Assembly (NCBI GenBank): GCA_043819795.1
Contig: JBDREN010000202.1
Span: forward strand, 1-33,087
DNA length: 33,087 nt
Direction of reading: 5' to 3'
From: Elusimicrobiota bacterium
GTDB taxonomy: Bacteria; Elusimicrobiota; Elusimicrobia; UBA1565
Shown here: positions 1 through 9,009 of the stretch, piece by piece
Numbering within the stretch: position 1 is the first letter of the stretch
Layout of the letters: the number at the start of each line of letters is the position of its first letter
Translations under genes and position numbers: made by a program
Notes under the pieces: model-generated
Database searches by the model: none
Seen by the model: the letters and a program-made list of their open reading frames with translations, nothing else
What the model was told of the DNA's origin: nothing

Positions 1-449
1 GGCTGTGGCAGGCTCTGGGCGCGAGGCTCGACACGGCCGCGAACACGCTGACCGTGAAGGTCGAGCACTTCAGCAACTACGCGGTCGCGGCGCCGGGGGA
101 CTCGGACGGGGACGGGGTCTTCGAGGGCTTCGCGGGCGAGACCGAAGACGAATGCCTGGACTCGGAGCTCGACGCCATCGCGCTCAACGCGAACCAGTAC
201 GCGCAGAACGCGGGCTTCGGCGCCTTCGAGGTGGGGCCGGACGACGCCCAGAGCGCGGTCTACGACATGCTCGGGACCCGGGGCTGCACCTGCCGGCAGA
301 TCGCGGCGGCCTTGGGCGCGGGGGAGGGCCAGCTAAAGAAGGGCTGCGCGCCCGGACTCATGCAGAAGTGGACCGGGATCAGCGCCCAGCCGGACAGGCC
401 GCCCGAGACCGGCGGCGGAGAAGGGAATAAGGGCGGCAAGAAGAATTAA
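1..449 (+). CDS. 3' end of a probable secreted/surface protein (5'-truncated by the window edge)
   Basis: The frame is open from position 3 (LWQALGARLDTAANTLTVKVEHFSNYAV) to TAA 447-449. W..L..LD...NT....HFS.Y is a common ending of extracellular beta-domains. It is followed by a DSDGDG Ca-binding-like motif and a Cys-containing tail. Confidence 0.7.
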   Translation, partial: LWQALGARLDTAANTLTVKVEHFSNYAVAAPGDSDGDGVFEGFAGETEDECLDSELDAIALNANQYAQNAGFGAFEVGPDDAQSAVYDMLGTRGCTCRQIAAALGAGEGQLKKGCAPGLMQKWTGISAQPDRPPETGGGEGNKGGKKN

Positions 450-500
450 CGGGGGAGGGACCGCCAGGCTGACGACGGCGGCTCAGGACTACTGCCGGCT

Positions 501-1091
501 CTATTCCTTGGGCTTTTCATCGGCCTGGGGCGCGAGGTCCTTGCGCAGCTGCTCGAGGGCGCCCCGCGTCTGCTCGGCGATCGCGCGGCAGGCGTCGCGC
601 TCCAGTTCGTTGGACTCCGCCGGAGCGTCCTTGCTGATCTTGGCCAGGCGCTCCTCCAGCCCCGCGATGTCTCCCGCGAGCTTCTCCGCCGTGGTCCCGA
701 TGCTCTCGAGCCTCGCGTGCATCGTGCGGTGCTCGACGCACCGTTTGAGGGCCGTCTTCATCAGGAACAGGTCCAGCGGCTTGACGATGAAGTCGTAGGC
801 CCCGTACTTCAGCGCGTTGATGGTGGTGTCCATGCTGGGGTAGCCGGTGACGATGATGACGTCCGTCCGGGGCCAGCGCTCGCGGATGGTCTTGGCGAGC
901 TGCAGGCCGTTCGGCGGGTCCATCTGCACGTCGGTCACCACGATATCGAACCGCTTCTTGCGGAGGATGGCGTCGGCCTCTTCGCCGGAAAGGACCGTCG
1001 TGACCTTAAAGTCCTTGCCCGCGATCCCGCGATGGAACAGCTCGAGGATCGATACCTCGTCGTCGACCACAAGAATCTCGGCACACTCCAT
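501..1091 (-). CDS. Response regulator: receiver domain plus helical/coiled-coil tail, no recognisable DNA-binding domain
   Basis: REC motifs ILVVDDE, VTDVQM (phospho-Asp), IVTGY, GAYDFIVKP. AGGAG RBS upstream on the minus strand. Confidence 0.9.
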   Translation of the reverse strand: MECAEILVVDDEVSILELFHRGIAGKDFKVTTVLSGEEADAILRKKRFDIVVTDVQMDPPNGLQLAKTIRERWPRTDVIIVTGYPSMDTTINALKYGAYDFIVKPLDLFLMKTALKRCVEHRTMHARLESIGTTAEKLAGDIAGLEERLAKISKDAPAESNELERDACRAIAEQTRGALEQLRKDLAPQADEKPKE

Positions 1092-1280
1092 GGGGCTCCT
1101 TTTCGCGGGCTCGGGCAGACCGCCCGCATGTGGAGCTATTATATCGTTATTGACGCCGGGTTAATCAAGTGGACGGCGACGCCACGGGCGGGGCCCCAGC
1201 CAGGCATGGAGACTTGTCCGCCGCGCGCAACGCCGGAACCCCGCAGATTTTTAAAAAAATAACGCTACAATATCCAGGGA

Positions 1281-1308
1281 AATTTACATTCGGCGCCGAA
1301 TGTAAATT
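1281..1308. promoter_or_regulatory. Perfect 28-bp palindrome, probable operator between divergent genes
   Basis: AATTTACATTCGGC|GCCGAATGTAAATT lies in an AT-rich intergenic region. The palindrome is seen directly; the operator role is inferred. Confidence 0.55.
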
Positions 1309-1430
1309 CCGCATTGGATTCCAGCACTATTTTTTGGAAATCCCGCACGCTAAAAGGCACGGCGACGCTCCAGTCCGGCATCCGCCTTGGTCCGAGGCTT
1401 TGGTTAAGATATGATGTCCAGAGGCGACCT

Positions 1431-2315
1431 ATGGACCAGGACCTGGACATCATCGCGGCCGAGACGGCGGGCTTCTGCCCGGGCGTCAAGACGACCTTGG
1501 AGCGGGTGCGCGAGCTGGCCCTCGCCGGAAAGTCGCCCATCTACACTCTGGGCGCCCTCGTCCACAATAAGCAGGTCGTCGAGTTGCTCGAGGGCAAGGG
1601 CATCCGCGCGGTGGCCTCCCTCGACGAGATCGAAGGCAAGGACGGCGTCGTCGTCATCAGGGCGCACGGCATCCCCCCCGAAAAAGAGGCAGAGCTGCGC
1701 GCCTCAGGCTTCGAGATCGTGGACGCCACCTGCCCGCTCGTCAAGCGCGTCCACGCCGCGATCGACAAGCGCGCGGCCGAAGGCTACACGACCGTGATCG
1801 TCGGCGACAAGGGCCACGCGGAGGTCATCGGGCTCATGGGTTACGCGAAGGGAAAGGCCTTCGTCGTGTCCGGGCCGGAGGAGGCCGAGAAGCTCCCCCG
1901 CATCGAGAAGGCCAACGTGGTCGCGCAGACCACGCAGGAAGAGGACGTCTTCCGGCGCACCGCCGAGGTCATCGAGCGAAAGTCCGGCCAGACGGTCGTC
2001 TCCGACACGATCTGCAAGCCCACCCGCGACAGGCAGAAAGAGACCGCCGAGCTCGCCAAGAGCGTGGACATGATGGTCGTCATCGGCGGCAAGCACAGCG
2101 CGAATACCGCCCGGCTCGCCCTTCTCTGCCGGAGGCTCCGCCCCAACACGGTCCATATCGAGAGCGCCGACGAGCTGGACCCGGAGGCCGTGGCCGCCGC
2201 GGGCAAGGTCGGGGTCACGGCCGGCGCCTCCACGCCCGGCTGGCTGACCGACAAAGTGGTCGCCCGCATCAAGGAGATCCGGAAGGCCGCCAGCCCCCAT
2301 CACCCGCAGTCTTGA
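1431..2315 (+). CDS. ispH: 4-hydroxy-3-methylbut-2-enyl diphosphate reductase
   Basis: Motifs GFCPGV, LVHN, IRAHG, DATCPLV, AQTT, TICKPTRDRQ, GGKHSAN, VTAGASTP. ATG 1431 follows GAGG. Confidence 0.97.
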   Translation: MDQDLDIIAAETAGFCPGVKTTLERVRELALAGKSPIYTLGALVHNKQVVELLEGKGIRAVASLDEIEGKDGVVVIRAHGIPPEKEAELRASGFEIVDATCPLVKRVHAAIDKRAAEGYTTVIVGDKGHAEVIGLMGYAKGKAFVVSGPEEAEKLPRIEKANVVAQTTQEEDVFRRTAEVIERKSGQTVVSDTICKPTRDRQKETAELAKSVDMMVVIGGKHSANTARLALLCRRLRPNTVHIESADELDPEAVAAAGKVGVTAGASTPGWLTDKVVARIKEIRKAASPHHPQS

Positions 2316-2722
2316 ACGCGGCCAGGGCGCGGAATTCCCCCGTGTCATAAGGATTTTGTCTATATTTGTTACTCTTTTTAAGAGCCAGTCACGCTCCCAG
2401 CGTAGCTCCAAACTAGAACCTTGTCTATGGCCATTTTCCGCATAAAAACGCTCCACTTATGGAACCGCGCGGATACTTGCTCCCTCATGAGGGGAGTGGA
2501 TGAGACTTCGCAGGCTCCCGAGGCCCCTTTTTCGCCTAGGCACCCCGGCCCCCTCGCGACCTCCCCGATAGGCCCCTGACACGGGACCGAAGCGCCGCTA
2601 TCCTAAATATAGATGAGAAATTTCCGGCGATTGCGCCGTTCCTTGCGGACTCTTTCTTGGACGGCATCATCTCGACCATCCGGCTCCGGCGCAAATTCTA
2701 CTTCAAGAAAACAGGTGGTTTT

Positions 2723-3511
2723 ATGAAAAAGACGATATTCGGAACGACTTTGCTCTTGCTGGGTTGGGCATGGGCCGCCCGGGCCGCGGCGCCCCCTCCG
2801 ATTATGAACCACGATTTCTCCCGGGAGATCCAGGCCATCCGCCAGGCCGCCGGACCCGCCCTCCAGGCCGTCAACGCCGACGCCCCGGCCCTGCTCGAAG
2901 GCTTCATGGCCGGGGAAGCGGCGCCGATCGTCGCGGGACCGCTCGCCGTGGTCGCGGTCAAAGCGGCGCCCGGCGCCGGAATCGCGGCGAACGTCAGCGG
3001 CTGGGTCAACGGGAGCGATCTTCAGCTGAGATTCACGTCGTTTGGCGTGAAGGGGTGGGCCAACGGCCACGAGGTCGACATCCGCCTTTCTCCCAGCCGG
3101 ATGAAGGGCTGGGCCAACGGCCAGGAAGTCCAGCTGCGCATCTCCCCGAGGAGCATCGAGGGGTGGATCAACGGCGCCGACATCAATCTGCGGACCTCGC
3201 GCACGAGCGTGGAAGGCTACGCCAACGGCAAACAGGTCCACCTGCGCATCTCGGGCAACAGCGTGGAGGGCTTCGCCAACGGCAACGACGTCCAGCTGCG
3301 CCTCTCGCGCAACAACGTGGAAGGCTTCGCCAACGGCAACGACGTCAGCCTGCGCATCTCGGGCAACACCGTCGAAGGACACGCCAACGGGAACCCGGTC
3401 CGGATCAACTCCCACACCTACATATCGGCGCGGCGCCTGGTGGACGCCCTCATCCTAAACCTCCCCGCCCCGATCCTGGACGCCGCCTACAAGAGCGCCT
3501 CCCCCGACTGA
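2723..3511 (+). CDS. Secreted hypothetical protein with eight 18-aa tandem repeats
   Basis: Signal peptide MKKTIFGTTLLLLGWAWAARAA. Repeats xVEG(W/F/Y)ANGxxVxLRxSxx at ~2990-3420. AGGTGG upstream. Confidence 0.85.
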   Translation: MKKTIFGTTLLLLGWAWAARAAAPPPIMNHDFSREIQAIRQAAGPALQAVNADAPALLEGFMAGEAAPIVAGPLAVVAVKAAPGAGIAANVSGWVNGSDLQLRFTSFGVKGWANGHEVDIRLSPSRMKGWANGQEVQLRISPRSIEGWINGADINLRTSRTSVEGYANGKQVHLRISGNSVEGFANGNDVQLRLSRNNVEGFANGNDVSLRISGNTVEGHANGNPVRINSHTYISARRLVDALILNLPAPILDAAYKSASPD

Positions 3512-3534
3512 CCCGAGCCACAGAGCCCGCGAAC

Positions 3535-3655
3535 AACTCAAAGAAAGGACAACCGGTACCAGGTACCCGCTTTGAGTAACTGGCAACCGTTACCCGGCAG
3601 GTGCCCGGCCCCAAGTTACTCAATAACCGGTGCCTGGCACCCGCATTGAGTAATT
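3535..3655. repeat. Two tandem REP-like palindromic units
   Basis: AACCGGTACCAGGTACCCGCTTTGAGTAACT (3551-3581) and AACCGGTGCCTGGCACCCGCATTGAGTAATT (3625-3655). Each is bracketed by inverted ACTCAA...TTGAGT arms. Confidence 0.75.
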
Positions 3656-3720
3656 GCGGGGGCGGTCATGATTTGCTACATTTTCTCTTAGCAGTACGCG
3701 CTAGCCCTTCAAGTCCGGCG

Positions 3721-3748
3721 TTGGCGCGAATGTTGCATCCATTACAAT
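3721..3748 (+). promoter_or_regulatory. Possible sigma70 promoter of the por operon
   Basis: TTGGCG-N16-TACAAT lies upstream of the GGAGGA RBS (3762-3767) and GTG 3772. Confidence 0.4.
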
Positions 3749-3771
3749 AAGCTAGTATTCCCGGAGGAACT

Positions 3772-4794
3772 GTGGCTTCGGTAAAACATCTTCCAGTCGT
3801 TGATGAGTTCGGATTTTACGAGATCCGCTTCGATTCCATCGGTGGGCTCGGCGCCCACTTGGCGGGGCAGATCTTGGGCGAGGCCGCCGCGCTCAATATG
3901 GGCCTCAACGCCCTGCACTTCTCCTCGTACGGCTCGGAGAAGAAGGGCTCCCCGATCAAGTCGTTCTTGCGCTTCGCTGGTCCCGACAAGGAGATCAGGA
4001 GCTGCAGCCCGGTGGAGCGGCCCCACATGGTGGCCGTGTTCCACGACGCCCTATTGAAGACCCCGGGCGGCCTGCAGGGGCTGCGCAAGAAGGGCATTCT
4101 GATCATCAACTCCCGCAAGAGCCTCAAGGAGCTCAAGGCCTTCGGCCTTCCGGACGACTGCTACATCTACCTGATCGACGCCCTGACGATCTCCATCGAG
4201 GAGAGGAGCCGGGTCAACACCGCGATGATGGGCGCCGTGGCCAAGGCCAGCGGGTTCCTGGATTCGGACGAGATATTGAAGGCCCTCTCGGCGACCTTCG
4301 CCTCGAAGCATCCCGCCGCGGTCAAGGGCAACGAGAAGACCTTCATCCGGGGCACCAAGGAGCTCAAGCTGGTGGCCAAGCCCGGCAACTCAAAGAACGG
4401 CGGCCCGGAGCCGAAACTCTCCAGGCCCGGCCCCAAGTTCGGCTACCTCACCGCCCCCATCGGCGGCTGCATCACCGAGGCCGGCAACAGCGTCATGAAG
4501 AACATGAGCTCCTCCCGGCAGGGCTTCATCCCTTCGCTGGACCTTGAGAAATGCGTGCACTGCGGCATCTGCGACCTCGTCTGCCCGGACTACTGCTTCG
4601 TCTGGGGCACGGAGCCGGCGGCCGAGAAGGGCAAGGCGCCGAGGACGAAGCTCAAGGGCATCGACTACAACTACTGCAAGGGCTGCATGCGCTGCGTGGA
4701 CTCCTGCCCCTCCGGCGCCCTGACCAAGGAGACCGAGGAGGAAGGCTCCGCCGACAAGCATCGCACGCCAATGTTCCCCGAGACCCGCAAATAG
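3772..4794 (+). CDS. porCD: Pyruvate/2-oxoacid:ferredoxin oxidoreductase, fused gamma+delta subunit
   Basis: Gamma motifs IRFDSIGGLGA, YGSEKKGSP, NTAMMGA. C-terminal 2x[4Fe-4S] motifs CVHCGICDLVCP and CKGCMRCVDSCP. Confidence 0.9.
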   Translation: MASVKHLPVVDEFGFYEIRFDSIGGLGAHLAGQILGEAAALNMGLNALHFSSYGSEKKGSPIKSFLRFAGPDKEIRSCSPVERPHMVAVFHDALLKTPGGLQGLRKKGILIINSRKSLKELKAFGLPDDCYIYLIDALTISIEERSRVNTAMMGAVAKASGFLDSDEILKALSATFASKHPAAVKGNEKTFIRGTKELKLVAKPGNSKNGGPEPKLSRPGPKFGYLTAPIGGCITEAGNSVMKNMSSSRQGFIPSLDLEKCVHCGICDLVCPDYCFVWGTEPAAEKGKAPRTKLKGIDYNYCKGCMRCVDSCPSGALTKETEEEGSADKHRTPMFPETRK

Positions 4795-4809
4795 GCGGTC
4801 GAGATAACC

Positions 4810-7128
4810 ATGAAAGTCATCGAGAAGAAAGCGAAGAAGACCAAGCCGGCGGTCAAAGCTGCCAGGAAAGGCGCCAAGCAGGTGACCGTATTCAAGAGCG
4901 GCAACGAGATGGCCGCGATGGCCGGCGCCCACATCAACTTCCACGTGATGGGCTTCTACCCGATCACGCCGTCCACCGAGGTGGCCGAGAACCTCGACGC
5001 CATGAGGGTCGAGGGCTACCACAACATCCGCATGGTGGCGGGCGACGGCGAGCACGGCGCCGCCGGCATCTGCTACGGCGCCTCCGTCGGCGGCGGCCGG
5101 GTGCTGAACGTCACCGCCTCGCAGGGGATCCTCTACTCATTGGAGCAGCTCCCCGTGCAGTCGGGCACGCGCTTCCCCATGGTGCTCAACATCGCCTGCC
5201 GCTCGGTCAGCGGCCCGCTCGACATCCGCGGCGACCACTCCGACATCTACTTCGCCCTCAACGCCGGCTGGATCATGCTCCTGGCCCGCAGCGCGCAGGC
5301 GGTCTACGACATGAACTTCATCGCGGTCCGCATCGGCGAGCACGCCAAGGTCCGGCTGCCGGTCATGGTGGCCTACGACGGCTTCTTCACCAGCCACCAG
5401 AAGCGGAAGGTGCAGATATTCGAGAAGGGCGACCCCGCCATCAAGCGCTTTATCGGCGAGCCCAACACCCCGCACCACGCCCTGGACCCCAAGAACCCGA
5501 CCACATTCGGGCCGTACATGAACGACCCGGACCTCATCAACAACAAGTACCAGCAGCACCAGGCGATGGAGGCGGCCTACAAGGAGCTGCCCCGCCTCTT
5601 CAAGGAGTTCGAGCAGCTCACGGGCCGGAGCTACGGGATGATCGAGTCCTACCGCATGGACGACGCGGAGGCCGCGCTCTTCGTGCTCAACTCGGCCGCA
5701 GAGACCGCCAAGGACGTCGCCGACAAGATGCGGGCCGAGGGCCACAAGGTCGGCGTGGTGAGCCCCACCGTGATCCGGCCCTTCCCCATCGCGGACGTGC
5801 AGCGCGCCTTCCGGAACGTGAAGGCCGTGGTCATCGGCGACCGGGCCGACTCCTACGGGTCGGGCGGCGGCAACATGGCCCACGAGGTCAAGGCCGCGCT
5901 CAAGGACGACCCCGGCAACAGCACCGTCTGCATCAACCGGGTCTACGGCCTGGGAGGCCTCGACTTCTACCAGGAGGACGCCGAGGGCTGGTTCCACATG
6001 GCCCTGGAGGCCGCCAAGAAGGGCGAGGTCAAGAAGCGCTTCGACTACCACGGCGCCACGCCCGGCGACCTCAAGGTGGTCATGAAGCAGATCCTGCCCC
6101 CCCTCACCGAGAAGCAGACCCGCAACGGGCTGGTCAAGGTCGAGCAGGACCCCGAGACCGGCCTTCTCAAGGTCAAGACCGCCCCGCTGCACAGGCTGAC
6201 CACGGCCCCCAACCGCTTCACGCCGGGACACGGGGCCTGCCCGGGCTGCGGGATCTTCTCGTCCTTGCGGCAGTTCTTCATGGGGATCGAGGGCCACGTG
6301 GTGGTCCTCTTCCAGACCGGCTGCGCCATGGTGGTCACCACGGGCTATCCGTCCACCTCGCACCGGATCACCTACCTGCACAACCTCTTCCAGAACGGAG
6401 CCCCCACGCTTTCCGGCCTGGTCGAGATGTACCATGAGCGCAAGCTCCGCAAGGAGCTCCCCGACGGTTTGGACATCACCTTCGTGATGGTCACCGGCGA
6501 CGGCGGCATGGACATTGGGATGGGCCCCACCATCGGGACGGCCAACCGGAACCACCGGATGATCATCCTGGAGTACGACAACCAGGCCTACATGAACACC
6601 GGGGCCCAGCTCTCCTACACCACGCCCATGGGGCACCGCACCAGCACCAGCAACGTGGGCCCGATCCAGGCCGGCAAGGGATACCACCACAAGGACACCG
6701 TGCAGATCATGGCGGCGACCCACATCCCGTACGTGTTCAGCGCGGTGGAAGGCTATCCCCAGGACTTCATCAAGAAGGCGGCAAAGGCCCAATGGTACTC
6801 CAAACGCGAGGGCATGGTGTACGGCAAGGTGCTCTCGTTCTGCCCGCTCAACTGGCGGACGGCCGACGACATGGGCAGCAAGGTGACCCAGGCCGCCGCG
6901 GACTCCTGCTTCTTCCCCCTCTACGAGGTGGAGAAGGGCAAGACGAGGATCACCTACGACCCTGAGGCCGTGGGCCGGAAGGTCCCGCTCAAGGACTACC
7001 TCGGCCTCATGGGCAAGACCAAGCACATGCTCGCCGAGAAGAACAGCGACCTGCTCGCCGAGGCCGAGCGCGAGGTGCGGCGTCGCTGGACAAGGCTCAA
7101 GGCCATGCACGACCATCCGCTTCTCTAA
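4810..7128 (+). CDS. porAB: Pyruvate/2-oxoacid:ferredoxin oxidoreductase, fused alpha+beta subunit
   Basis: Alpha motifs SGNE, YPITPST, GEHGA, TASQG, DGFFTSH. Beta motifs GHGACPGCG, TGC, GDGG(MDIG), YDNQAYMNTG (TPP-binding). Confidence 0.92.
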   Translation: MKVIEKKAKKTKPAVKAARKGAKQVTVFKSGNEMAAMAGAHINFHVMGFYPITPSTEVAENLDAMRVEGYHNIRMVAGDGEHGAAGICYGASVGGGRVLNVTASQGILYSLEQLPVQSGTRFPMVLNIACRSVSGPLDIRGDHSDIYFALNAGWIMLLARSAQAVYDMNFIAVRIGEHAKVRLPVMVAYDGFFTSHQKRKVQIFEKGDPAIKRFIGEPNTPHHALDPKNPTTFGPYMNDPDLINNKYQQHQAMEAAYKELPRLFKEFEQLTGRSYGMIESYRMDDAEAALFVLNSAAETAKDVADKMRAEGHKVGVVSPTVIRPFPIADVQRAFRNVKAVVIGDRADSYGSGGGNMAHEVKAALKDDPGNSTVCINRVYGLGGLDFYQEDAEGWFHMALEAAKKGEVKKRFDYHGATPGDLKVVMKQILPPLTEKQTRNGLVKVEQDPETGLLKVKTAPLHRLTTAPNRFTPGHGACPGCGIFSSLRQFFMGIEGHVVVLFQTGCAMVVTTGYPSTSHRITYLHNLFQNGAPTLSGLVEMYHERKLRKELPDGLDITFVMVTGDGGMDIGMGPTIGTANRNHRMIILEYDNQAYMNTGAQLSYTTPMGHRTSTSNVGPIQAGKGYHHKDTVQIMAATHIPYVFSAVEGYPQDFIKKAAKAQWYSKREGMVYGKVLSFCPLNWRTADDMGSKVTQAAADSCFFPLYEVEKGKTRITYDPEAVGRKVPLKDYLGLMGKTKHMLAEKNSDLLAEAEREVRRRWTRLKAMHDHPLL

Positions 7129-7141
7129 ACCGGGGACGACC

Positions 7142-8554
7142 ATGCCTATCAAGATCGAGAACAAGACCCACATGCCGATGCTGGACGCCTTGGAGCGCCG
7201 CAGCGTGTTCCGCGAGGTGAACCAGGGCTACGACGCGCCCAGAGCCATGTTCGAGGCCCTGCGGTGCCTGGAGTGCGAGGACGCCGACTGCGAGCGGGGC
7301 TGCCCCGTGCTGGTCCCCATCCAGAAGATGGCGGGCCATATCGCCGAGGGCAAGTTCGAGGAGGGCCTGCGCATCCTCAAGGCGGTCAACAGCCTGCCCG
7401 CGGTGTGCGGCCGGGTCTGCCCCCAGGAGACCCAGTGCGAGAAGCAGTGCCACATGGGCAAGCAGTTCAAGCCCGTGGGCATCGGCTTCCTGGAGAGGTT
7501 CCTGGCCGATTGGGAGATCGCCAACGGCCGGATCACCGAGGATATCCCCGAGCCGACGAACGGGAAGGTCGCGGTCGTGGGCTCCGGCCCCGCCGGGCTG
7601 ACCGTGGCCGGCGACCTGGCGCGCCTGGGCTACAAGGTCAAGATATTCGAGGCGCTCCATAAGGCCGGCGGGGTGCTTCGCTACGGCATCCCCGAGTTCC
7701 GCCTGCCCAAGCACATCCTGGACTTCGAGATCGACGGCCTCAAGCGCATGGGCGTGGAAGTCGAATGCAACGTGGTCGTGGGCAAGACCGTCACCTTGGA
7801 CGAGCTCCGCGAGGAGTACGACGCCGTGTTCCTGGGCACGGGCGCGGGGCTTCCCTCGTTCCTCAAGATCCCCGGCGAGAACTTCACCGGGGTCTACTCC
7901 GCCAACGAGTTCCTCACGCGGGTCAACCTGATGGAAGCCTACCGCTTCCCCGAGGTGGACACCCCCGTGCGGGCCGGCCGCAAGACGGTCGTGGTCGGAG
8001 CCGGCAACGTGGCCATGGACGCGGTGCGAAGCGCCCTGCGCCTGGGCGCCGAGGAGGCGATCATCGTCTACCGCCGCACCATCAAGGAGATGACCGCCCG
8101 GATCGAGGAGTACCACCACGCCGTCGAGGAGGGCGTGCAGTTCAACTGGCTCACCACCCCCGTCAAGGTCTACGGCGACGACCGGGGCTGGGTCAAGGCC
8201 ATCGAGCTCGAGAAGATGAAGCTCGGCGAGCCGGACTCCTCCGGCCGCAGGCGCCCGGTACCCACCGGCGAGACCTACACCATGGAGTGCGACGCCTTCG
8301 TGGTGGCCATCGGCACCAGCCCCAACCCGCTCATCCCCCGCTGCGTGCCCGAGCTCAATGTCGAGAAATGGGGCGGGATCATCGTCAATAAAGGGACCGG
8401 CGAGACCTCCATCAACCGCGTGTACGCGGCCGGCGACATCGTGACGGGCTCGGCCACGGTCATCGAGGCGGCGGGCGCGGGCAAGGAAGTCGCGGCCGCC
8501 ATCCACGCGAGACTCTCCAAGAAATCCAAGAAGAACGGCAGGAAGGCCAAATGA
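7142..8554 (+). CDS. nfnB: NfnB/SudA (GltD-like NADP(H)-linked flavoprotein), Nfn large subunit
   Basis: RCLEC..CERGCP, CGRVCPQETQCE, VGSGPAG, YGIPEFRLPK, VGAGNVAMD, YRR, GDIVTGSATV. No gltB in the window, while an NfnA homologue lies in the same operon. Confidence 0.85.
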   Translation: MPIKIENKTHMPMLDALERRSVFREVNQGYDAPRAMFEALRCLECEDADCERGCPVLVPIQKMAGHIAEGKFEEGLRILKAVNSLPAVCGRVCPQETQCEKQCHMGKQFKPVGIGFLERFLADWEIANGRITEDIPEPTNGKVAVVGSGPAGLTVAGDLARLGYKVKIFEALHKAGGVLRYGIPEFRLPKHILDFEIDGLKRMGVEVECNVVVGKTVTLDELREEYDAVFLGTGAGLPSFLKIPGENFTGVYSANEFLTRVNLMEAYRFPEVDTPVRAGRKTVVVGAGNVAMDAVRSALRLGAEEAIIVYRRTIKEMTARIEEYHHAVEEGVQFNWLTTPVKVYGDDRGWVKAIELEKMKLGEPDSSGRRRPVPTGETYTMECDAFVVAIGTSPNPLIPRCVPELNVEKWGGIIVNKGTGETSINRVYAAGDIVTGSATVIEAAGAGKEVAAAIHARLSKKSKKNGRKAK

Positions 8555-9009
8555 CTGAAGAGCTGGCAGCGGTAAAAGAGATCGCCTCCAAGCGCGGCAA
8601 GGACCGCTCCGCGCTCATCTCGGTCCTGCAGGACGTCCATAGCGAGTACAACCACCTGCCGGAAGGCAGCCTCGAGATCATATCGCGCGAGCTGGACGCG
8701 CCGCTCGCCTCGGTCTACGGGGTCGCGACATTCTTCAAGAGCTTCTCGTTCAAGCCCCGCGGGCGGCATTTGGCCACCGTGTGCCTCGGCACCGCCTGCC
8801 ACGTGCGGGAGTCCGGCAAGGTGCTCACCGAGGTCGAGACCCGGCTCGGCGTCAAGGCCGGCGATACCACGCGCGACCGGCGGATGACTTTGGAGACCGT
8901 CAACTGCCTCGGCTGCTGCGCGGTCGGGCCCGTCATGGTGGTGGACGGGGAATACTACGGGGAGATGACCCCGGCGAAAGTACAGTCCGTGCTCAAGAGA
9001 TACAAATGA
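8551..9009 (+). CDS. NuoE/HydC-like [2Fe-2S] subunit
   Basis: VCLGTACH...NCLGCC. ATGA overlap with the upstream gene. Confidence 0.93.
   Translation: MTEELAAVKEIASKRGKDRSALISVLQDVHSEYNHLPEGSLEIISRELDAPLASVYGVATFFKSFSFKPRGRHLATVCLGTACHVRESGKVLTEVETRLGVKAGDTTRDRRMTLETVNCLGCCAVGPVMVVDGEYYGEMTPAKVQSVLKRYK

Noticed and set aside
1314..1430. Upstream extensions of ispH (also ppdK 14061, 21996, 22067, 23251, 30805)
   Set aside because: Homology, RBS and signal peptides point to downstream starts; the extensions cover promoter or repeat DNA.
7142..8554. Glutamate synthase small subunit (gltD) function
   Set aside because: No gltB in the window, and an NfnA/SudB partner is in the same operon.
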